Below are positions 57,327 to 64,000 of a DNA stretch of 64,000 nucleotides, in pieces. A program made the position numbers and the translations under genes. Each line of letters starts with the position of its first letter. The first letter of the stretch is position 1. Below the pieces are notes generated by a model. It saw only the letters and a list, made by a program, of their open reading frames with translations, did not search any database and was not told the origin of the DNA. The DNA lies in the NCBI GenBank assembly GCA_964410585.1, contig CAYPFW010000002.1, forward strand, positions 32,001 to 96,000. Reading direction: 5' to 3'. This stretch comes from an uncultured archaeon (GTDB lineage: Archaea; Aenigmatarchaeota; Aenigmatarchaeia; QMZP01; JACQNV01).

Positions 57327-57743
57327 ATGGGGTTAGCTAGATACGAGAGGCGAATTCTAAAACAAAAAATAAAGAATAAAGAGGGAGAAAGGGAGCCAAA
57401 AAACCTAAAAAAGGCAAACTATTTGATAGTTGGTGCGATTGTTTTAATGGTGAGTGTCTTAGGATATACTTTCACTGGATACACTGTTGGGAAAAACAGC
57501 TATGACAATTTTGCTAAATGCCTTTCTGAAAGCTCCAGGCTTTATGTATCAGCTAATTGTGAAGAGTGCGAAAAACAAAAAGAGTTATTTGGGTCATCTT
57601 CTCAGTATATTGATTATGCTGAGTGTGTTGAAGGAATGTGCCAAGAGATTGGAGTCTATCCTACTTGGGAAATTAGGGGTAAGCTTTATTCTGGTCTTCA
57701 AAGCCTTGAAAAACTCTCTGAATTATCTGGTTGTAGGCTGTAG
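57327..57743 (+). CDS. Membrane-anchored thioredoxin-like protein
   Basis: FAKCL, CEECEKQKELFG, YPTW, LSELSGC. Confidence 0.82.
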   Translation: MGLARYERRILKQKIKNKEGEREPKNLKKANYLIVGAIVLMVSVLGYTFTGYTVGKNSYDNFAKCLSESSRLYVSANCEECEKQKELFGSSSQYIDYAECVEGMCQEIGVYPTWEIRGKLYSGLQSLEKLSELSGCRL

Positions 57744-57798
57744 TACAAATATAAATTTGTGAGATGCTAATATAGACTATTCTTATTTTAGGGGGCAT

Positions 57799-58428
57799 AT
57801 GGATCACCAGGAAATTCAAAAGTTTTATTCTGAAAGGAAGGAAAATATCCAAAAAAGGCTTGAGGAGTTTTCTCAGATAAAAACAAAAAGTGAAAGGGAT
57901 ATTTTCGCTGAACTTTGTTTTTGTTTATTGACACCACAATCAAAGGCTAGGAATTGTTGGTCTTCGATTCTTGCTTTGAAGGCATCTGGCGCGCTTTACA
58001 CTGGAAGGCCTGAAAACATAAGGCAGGTTTTGCACAAACAGGTTAGGTTCCACAACAACAAGGCAAGGTATATTGTCGAGAGCAGGAAAAAGGTCTTGGA
58101 AAATGGGTTTAATTGGAAGCAGTTTTTTGAAAAACACCCAAAGGAGATGAGAGAGTGGCTTGTTGAAAATGTCAAAGGCATGGGATACAAAGAAGCTTCA
58201 CACTTTTTGAGGAACATTGGGTTCAGAGAATTGGCTATTTTGGATAGACATATTTTGAAAAACCTTGTCAAATGCAAAGCAATAGATGGAGTGCCTAAAA
58301 CCTTAGGAAAGCCGCAGTATTTAGAGATAGAGGACAAGTTCAAAGATTTTTCGCAAAAAGTTGGGATACATATGGATGAGCTGGATTTGCTTTTTTGGTC
58401 GCTTGAAACAGGGGAGGTTTTCAAGTAA
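57799..58428 (+). CDS. ogg: 8-oxoguanine DNA glycosylase/AP lyase (OGG2 type)
   Basis: ELCFCLLT, RFHNNKA, KGMGYKEASHFLRN, AILDRH. Confidence 0.93.
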   Translation: MDHQEIQKFYSERKENIQKRLEEFSQIKTKSERDIFAELCFCLLTPQSKARNCWSSILALKASGALYTGRPENIRQVLHKQVRFHNNKARYIVESRKKVLENGFNWKQFFEKHPKEMREWLVENVKGMGYKEASHFLRNIGFRELAILDRHILKNLVKCKAIDGVPKTLGKPQYLEIEDKFKDFSQKVGIHMDELDLLFWSLETGEVFK

Positions 58429-58457
58429 ATTTATAAACTAGTAGAATAATTTAGTGT

Positions 58458-58697
58458 ATGGCAAAATCTGTTACAGTGTTTTCGACAACAACCTGTCCTT
58501 GGTGTGTAAAAGTCAAAGAGTTTTTGAAACAAAACAATGTCAAATACACTGAAAAGAACGTAGGCGAAGACCAAGAAGCAGCAGACTACATGATTGAAAA
58601 AACAGGCCAAATGGGTGTGCCTGTGACAGAAATTGATGGTAAGTTTATTGTTGGTTTTGATGTTAGCAGCTTGAAGAAAGCTTTGGGGCTTAAATAG
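58458..58697 (+). CDS. Glutaredoxin (NrdH-redoxin-like)
   Basis: TCPWC, GQMGVPV, IVGFD. Confidence 0.92.
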   Translation: MAKSVTVFSTTTCPWCVKVKEFLKQNNVKYTEKNVGEDQEAADYMIEKTGQMGVPVTEIDGKFIVGFDVSSLKKALGLK

Positions 58698-58800
58698 ACT
58701 GTTTCTAAAACACCGGAAAATTCACAAAACATGCGATAAGTTAATAAAAACAATTGAAATCCAAACAATAAACTAATAAAACTTTGCACCAAATAAAGGG

Positions 58801-59202
58801 ATGGCAGAAAAGATTAGAAAGCTTTTGATTGTAGAAGACGAACCTGATTTACGTTCTCTGTATTCGATACACTTTAGTAAAAGAGGATATAAAGTAGAGA
58901 CAGCTGGTTCTGGTCCAGAAGCAATAGCAAAGATAAGAGGTTATACAGAAACAGATAGACCAGATGGTTTCCTAGTTGATATTTGGTTGCCAGATGAAAG
59001 TGGATATGGTGTCATTGGGTCAATAAGACAAAACCCAGCAACTAAGCATCAACCTGTGATTGCCATGTCAGCTACTACAGAGGCAAACTTGAAAAAAGCA
59101 GTAGATGCCGGTGCCAATGCTACTTATAGAAAACCATTTGAATTTAAAGAAGTTGCTGCCCATATTGAAGGGCTTATTTCTGAATTGGATGGAGTAGAGT
59201 AG
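58801..59202 (+). CDS. Stand-alone response regulator receiver
   Basis: LIVEDE, VDIWLP (phospho-Asp), MSA, KPF. Confidence 0.88.
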   Translation: MAEKIRKLLIVEDEPDLRSLYSIHFSKRGYKVETAGSGPEAIAKIRGYTETDRPDGFLVDIWLPDESGYGVIGSIRQNPATKHQPVIAMSATTEANLKKAVDAGANATYRKPFEFKEVAAHIEGLISELDGVE

Positions 59203-59485
59203 GATAGAATTTGGCTTTATTTCTTGAAATTGATTTGACATTCTCATATATAACACTGTTATACACCTCTACTTCATGTGGAATTTGGTTCAGTTGGTTT
59301 GTTTTTGCACGTTTTTCCAAAATTTGGTTGATTTTCCCACAAAACTACATATATAACACTGTTATATCCTACTTTTCTCCCGAAAAATAGCCCTTTACAT
59401 ACACTGATTTCCCCCAGGACCAACAAACAGAAAATCTATACTAAAGTATCTACATATTTATATATAATCAATCACAAAGTTCTAA

Positions 59486-59532
59486 ACACAGTATCTTGTG
59501 TTAGCTCAACTAGCCAACACAATATCTTGTAT
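59486..59532 (+). promoter_or_regulatory. Tandem NrdR boxes
   Basis: ACACAGTATCTTGTGT (59486) and ACACAATATCTTGTAT (59517), 31 bp apart; match acaCwAtATaTwGtg. Confidence 0.75.
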
Positions 59533-59599
59533 ATTGTCAATTTTAATACTTCTCAGAGGCAAATGCTTCTAAAAGTATATAGAGTGGGGGTAAAAGAAT

Positions 59600-62311
59600 A
59601 TGAAATGTCCTTTTTGCAGTCATCCAGAAACAAAGGTTATAGATAAAAGAGAGTCTGAAGAAGACTCAAACAGAAGAAGAAGGGAATGCCTTTCATGTGG
59701 CAAGCGCTTCACAACATACGAAAAGCTTGAGTTAAGCTCATCCAAAAAAGTCGACAAATTAGTGAAAAGAGATGGAAGAATAGCTGATTTTGATGCCTCA
59801 AGAATAGAGTCTGCAATTTTCAAGGCAGCAAAGGCAGTTGGTGGTACTGATAGAGAAAGGGCAAAAAAACTAGCAGACGAAGTAATGGAGCAAGTCAACA
59901 AAAAGTTCCTAGGGAAAAAAGACCTCCCAACAGTAGAAGACATCCAAGACATTGTTGAAAAAGTCCTCATCGAAAATGGTCATGCAAAAACAGCAAAGGC
60001 CTACATCATTTACAGGCAAGAGCGTGCAGAGCTAAGAAATGAAAAAAGAAGAATCTTGGAAAAAGAAGATGTTGACGATGTTGACAAAGTTTTCGACCTA
60101 AATGCACTTAGAGTTTTGAAATCCAGATATTTGCGAAAAGACGAAAACGGCAAGCTAATCGAAACCCCAAAGCAACTTTTTACTAGGGTAGCAACACATG
60201 GAGCGCTTCCAGATATTTTGTATGACCCTCAATTATACGACATCTCAAAATCTCAGCAACAGCACCCAAAAGAATCTTTCGATCCAAAAACAAACCACGA
60301 AAAATACAGCATAGGAAAATACAAACTAAACCAATATCACCTGGATGCTTTCAAAAGAATGTATGATAGGTTCAACAAAAATCACCAAATGAAATTCTCA
60401 TGGTCCCAGGTTTTGGAAAAGCTTTCAAAAGGTGAACTAAGTTCTTATGAAAAAAATATCACAGAGTTCTATGACATAATGGTCAACAGACAGTTCATGC
60501 CAAACACACCGGCTATAGCTAATTTTGGAACAGTTCTAGGAATGGGCTCTGCTTGCTTTGTTTTGGGAATAAGAGACTCAATAGACGATATAATGGAAAA
60601 ATTAAAACATGCAGCAGTCATCTTCAAATCAGGCGGCGGAGTCGGCTACAACTTCTCACACCTAAGGCCTGAAGGCGATTTGGTTTCTTCAACATGCGGT
60701 CTTGCATCTGGTCCCTTGTCTTTCATGTCTATGTTCGACAAAATGACAGAGGTCATCAAACAAGGTGGTATTCGCCGAGGCGCAAACATGGGAATAATGA
60801 ACTCAGATCACCCAGATATTGAAAAATTCATAACAGCAAAAGCAGGCAACAAGGCCTTCAAAAACTTCAACATCTCAGTAAATATCCAACCAGACTTTTG
60901 GCAATACTATGAAAAAAATGAGCCCTATCCTTTAAGAAATCCAAGAGACGGAACAGTTGTCAAAACAGTTAATTCACGGATGCTTTTTGACAAAATAGTT
61001 TACCAGGCATGGGAATCAGCAGAGCCAGGAGTCATCTTTTCAGACAAAGTAAATGAATACAATCCTTTATACGAATCAATGGGCCCAATTGAAACAACAA
61101 ATCCTTGCGGTGAGGTACTCTTGTATCCAAACGAGTCATGCAACCTAGGATCAATAAACGTCTGGGCTTTTGTCAAAGAAGATGTGGATGGAAATGTTTC
61201 CTTTGATTGGGAAAACTTAGCCCGCGTCTCTCGGTTAGGAGAAAAATTCCTGGACAATGTCATCGAAGTAAACAAGTGGCCTCTACAAGACATAGAAGAC
61301 ATGGCCTTGAACACAAGAAAAACAGGCCTTGGTGTCATGGGAGTTGGCGACCTTTTGTATGAATTAGGTCTTCCTTATAATACAGATGAAGGCAGAAACT
61401 TCATGGAGAGGCTGATGGAATTTGTCAACTTCTACTCAAAAGTCGAAGGCATCGAACTTGCAAGAACAAGAGGACCTTTCCTATACTACGACAAAAGCTT
61501 CTATTCTGAAGGTAAGCTTCCTTTTGCTGGTTTCTACGACAAAAAATCCTGGAGAATGGACTGGAACCAAATAGTCGACGGCGTCCAAAAACATGGAGTA
61601 AGGAATGCATTCACAATTGTCGTCGCTCCAACAGGATCAATATCAATGATAGCAGGCTGCTCTTCAGGCATTGAACCTGTCTATTCTTTGGTTTTCGAGA
61701 AAAATGTGAAAGTCGGTTCCTTCTACTATGTGAATCCTATATTCGAAAAATGGATGAGAAGAGAAGGCTTATTCGACGAAAAACTAGTAGAAGATGTAAA
61801 TGCAAACAAAGGAACAGTCAGAAGAGTCGGCTATATTCCAAGAAAATTCAAGGAAATGTTTATCACAGCAATGGACACAACGCCAGAAGACCATATAAGA
61901 GCCTTGGCAGCATTCCAAAAATGGGTTGACTCATCGATCTCAAAAACAAACAACTTCCCGGCAGATGCAACAGTTGAGGATATGAGACAATCTTATCTCC
62001 TTGCATACAAGCTAGGATGCAAAGATGTAACTGTGTTTAGAGACACATCAATAAAGGACCAGGTCTTGGTTTCAGGCGTTAAAAAGTCTGAAAAACACGC
62101 AGCTGACACTGGTTTGAAACCTCAGTTAGGAAAAGAATGGACACCAGAACAACCAATAGCAGTTTCAACAAGTGGTAGTTTCTACCAACAACCAAAAGTA
62201 ACTACAAACTTTGGGGAAAAGCCAAAAGTCTGCCCATCTTGTGGATCTGAAACCAAAAGAGAAGAAGGCTGTGTATCTTGCCCTGGCTGCGGTTGGGGCA
62301 TGTGTAGCTAG
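59600..62311 (+). CDS. nrdJ: Class II (B12) ribonucleotide reductase with N-terminal NrdR-like Zn-ribbon and ATP-cone
   Basis: MKCPFC..VIDKR..RRRRECLSCGKRFTTYE; VKRDG ATP-cone; SACFV, TNPCGE, CNLGSIN, APTGSIS; C-terminal CPSC..CVSCPGC. Confidence 0.93.
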   Translation: MKCPFCSHPETKVIDKRESEEDSNRRRRECLSCGKRFTTYEKLELSSSKKVDKLVKRDGRIADFDASRIESAIFKAAKAVGGTDRERAKKLADEVMEQVNKKFLGKKDLPTVEDIQDIVEKVLIENGHAKTAKAYIIYRQERAELRNEKRRILEKEDVDDVDKVFDLNALRVLKSRYLRKDENGKLIETPKQLFTRVATHGALPDILYDPQLYDISKSQQQHPKESFDPKTNHEKYSIGKYKLNQYHLDAFKRMYDRFNKNHQMKFSWSQVLEKLSKGELSSYEKNITEFYDIMVNRQFMPNTPAIANFGTVLGMGSACFVLGIRDSIDDIMEKLKHAAVIFKSGGGVGYNFSHLRPEGDLVSSTCGLASGPLSFMSMFDKMTEVIKQGGIRRGANMGIMNSDHPDIEKFITAKAGNKAFKNFNISVNIQPDFWQYYEKNEPYPLRNPRDGTVVKTVNSRMLFDKIVYQAWESAEPGVIFSDKVNEYNPLYESMGPIETTNPCGEVLLYPNESCNLGSINVWAFVKEDVDGNVSFDWENLARVSRLGEKFLDNVIEVNKWPLQDIEDMALNTRKTGLGVMGVGDLLYELGLPYNTDEGRNFMERLMEFVNFYSKVEGIELARTRGPFLYYDKSFYSEGKLPFAGFYDKKSWRMDWNQIVDGVQKHGVRNAFTIVVAPTGSISMIAGCSSGIEPVYSLVFEKNVKVGSFYYVNPIFEKWMRREGLFDEKLVEDVNANKGTVRRVGYIPRKFKEMFITAMDTTPEDHIRALAAFQKWVDSSISKTNNFPADATVEDMRQSYLLAYKLGCKDVTVFRDTSIKDQVLVSGVKKSEKHAADTGLKPQLGKEWTPEQPIAVSTSGSFYQQPKVTTNFGEKPKVCPSCGSETKREEGCVSCPGCGWGMCS

Positions 62312-62336
62312 CCTTTTCCGGCAGTCCCCGCTTGCT

Positions 62337-62529
62337 CAAAAGGCTCGTGTCTCCAACTAGCAGAGTGAACTGTTAATAGTTCACAGACATCTCTGCATCA
62401 TCTCCCGAGAGATGCAGATACCGTACCCAAAAAACTACATTACAAAAGTGGAAGGCGTAATTTTTTCGAGCTTGCAAGCGAAGAAAAAATAGCCTCATGT
62501 TTTGGTTAAGCTTTTGGATAAAAGGTTAA
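62337..62529. repeat. Hairpin mosaic (E/D reverse, A tail, B, F)
   Basis: TCGTGTCTCCAA (reverse of TTGGAGACACGA); GCATCATC..GATGC; ACCGTACCCAAAAAACTAC; GGAAGGCGTA..TAGCCTC (62450-62497). Confidence 0.78.
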
Positions 62530-62560
62530 GTCTGGGGTTCTCATCCAAAAAGAAAAAGTT

Positions 62561-62824
62561 ATGGGTTTGGAAATCTACATAGGTATTTTTGGAGCTTGCT
62601 TAATCCTGTTTTCATGGATTTTTGAGACAGTAAAATCTTTCCGCGAGCACAAGGCTCTTATTGATTTAAAATTTTCAATAATAAATCTGTTCGCAGTTTC
62701 CTCACTTTCTTTCTACAGTTATTTTGTTAAAGATTCTCTTTTTATTTTCTTGAATTTGGCGATTTTTGCGATTGTTGTTGTGGAAATAATTCTAGCAATT
62801 CATCTCAAAAAACATCGCATATAA
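62561..62824 (+). CDS. Small 3-TM protein (PQ-loop/SemiSWEET-like)
   Basis: IGIFGACLILFSW..FIFLN. Confidence 0.7.
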   Translation: MGLEIYIGIFGACLILFSWIFETVKSFREHKALIDLKFSIINLFAVSSLSFYSYFVKDSLFIFLNLAIFAIVVVEIILAIHLKKHRI

Positions 62825-62846
62825 ACTGTGTAAAACAAATATTAAC

Positions 62847-64000
62847 ATGAAAAAAATCTTCCTTTCTATTTTTTTGGTTTTGTTTCTTGCAACAACAGTC
62901 TCGGCCTCAAAATATTTTGCACCAACAGACGACTACACAAACCAAACATTCTCAGCCTCCTCGCTTGAAATAGGTGATGTTATTTCAGATGGCCAAGATT
63001 TAGGAAACACAACATCTGTTCAGTTTTCTACATCAGATGCCCTAAAACTTGCTTTCAAAATCGACAGCACAAAAGACCTCAATTTAAGAGAGCTAAAAAT
63101 CCAGTTTTCCCCAGACAAAACAGTGATTGATAAGGGCTCATCAAACATCGATACCTATACTTTGTATGTTCCAAATTCAAACAACGGAAAAGGCATTTTC
63201 ATCTGTCCTCAAGCCAAAATTTTGGATGAAGTAAACAAACAGTGTTCGGGAATAAAAAAAATCTTCGAGCCTTTTCCACAAACAGTGCTTTCTGAGACTC
63301 CGGTTTTTGTTGAAATAAATTCAGGCTCCTATTCTGTTTCTGGACTAAAATCAGGTGGCATCGGCCTTCTTTCATCTGAAGACAAACCAGAAAATCAAAC
63401 AGCTATTGCAGGAAATTCGCCGCCTTCGATCCAACTTCTTTCTCCAAAAAACTCAGAAAAAATTTCATCTGATTTTTCCTTTAGGTGCAAAGCAGCAGAT
63501 GATAAAGGCTTGCGTCTAATAGAGCTCTATTCAAATGTTAATGGTCCAATGAGCCTTTTGTCCAGAAAGCCAACTGGAAACTTAGAAGATGTTTTAGAAT
63601 TCCAACAACAAAAACCAAAAGCGGGCACATACAGCTGGTATTGCTTGGTTTTAGATGATATAAGCCAGGAAACAAAATCAGAAATCCAATCCTTTGTTGT
63701 AGAAGATCAGCCATCAATCTGCGCAGAAGATTGGATATGCTCCCCTTTCCAACCTTTGAAATGTGATGTTGGTCACCAAACAAGGACATGCACAGATAAA
63801 AATACTTGTGGTACAGTTCAATTCAAACCAGATGAAGTCAGAGACTGTCAATCAAAGTGTCAGGAAAAATGGTCTTGTACAGATTGGTCTGATCAAAGAG
63901 GCTGTGGAACACGTACATGCAAAGACGAAAACCAGTGCGACAATTCCCAATACCAAACAGAAAAGCCAAAAGAATTTTCAGAGTGCGTAGATCAAGTAGT
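62847..64000 (+). CDS. Large secreted surface protein with Cys/Trp repeats (truncated by window end; not in ORF track)
   Basis: MKKIFLSIFLVLFLATTVSA signal; CAEDWICS..QTRTCTD..CG and CQEKWSCTDWS repeats. Confidence 0.8.
   Translation, partial: MKKIFLSIFLVLFLATTVSASKYFAPTDDYTNQTFSASSLEIGDVISDGQDLGNTTSVQFSTSDALKLAFKIDSTKDLNLRELKIQFSPDKTVIDKGSSNIDTYTLYVPNSNNGKGIFICPQAKILDEVNKQCSGIKKIFEPFPQTVLSETPVFVEINSGSYSVSGLKSGGIGLLSSEDKPENQTAIAGNSPPSIQLLSPKNSEKISSDFSFRCKAADDKGLRLIELYSNVNGPMSLLSRKPTGNLEDVLEFQQQKPKAGTYSWYCLVLDDISQETKSEIQSFVVEDQPSICAEDWICSPFQPLKCDVGHQTRTCTDKNTCGTVQFKPDEVRDCQSKCQEKWSCTDWSDQRGCGTRTCKDENQCDNSQYQTEKPKEFSECVDQV

Noticed and set aside
9006-62529. Dispersed repeats as a CRISPR array
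   Set aside because: No regularly spaced identical repeats with unique spacers, and no cas genes.
114-63990. Many antisense or overlapping ORFs in the track (e.g. 4605-5114, 30473-31048, 48577-49203, 63763-63990)
   Set aside because: Shadow frames of well-supported genes, with no motifs.

Overview
AT-rich archaeal chromosomal segment, most likely from a DPANN-type archaeon. Evidence: archaeal-type ThrRS, RFC small subunit, Alba, eL40, OGG, class-III-signal pilins, intron-bearing tRNAs without encoded CCA, and leaderless-style genes behind TATA boxes. The lineage call is inference. 1-32 kb holds housekeeping genes (pdhA, HDAC, serS, thrS, rfcS, rpl40e, albA, speB, degenerate thiI, tRNA-Gln, tRNA-Cys), a VapBC pair, a pilin-like array, two free-standing LAGLIDADG genes and several orphans. 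32.6-55 kb is a ~22 kb copper/thiol-redox island (CopA, DUF411, SufS-like desulfurase, DsbA-like proteins, TrxB, MsrQ-like, hemerythrin, four regulators). 55-64 kb holds GH63-like, PLD, OGG, glutaredoxin, a receiver protein, a class II RNR and a truncated surface protein. Main second-look items: (1) class II RNR fused to an NrdR-like Zn-ribbon/ATP-cone, with two NrdR boxes 31 bp apart upstream; (2) membrane-anchored MVGGC-tailed proteins linked to CxxCC/CGCxH proteins, with an identical 46-nt leader at two loci; (3) two unannotated poly-Lys-CCC micropeptides; (4) a dispersed modular hairpin repeat family with covariation, start-codon duplications and one copy inside the tRNA-Gln intron; (5) ThrRS with an inserted YbaK/YeaK-type domain; (6) a LAGLIDADG cassette that appears to have replaced the HDAC 3' end; (7) an intact GAFTGA sigma54-activator in an archaeon. 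No database searches were possible, so family calls come from motif recognition and novelty is unverified.
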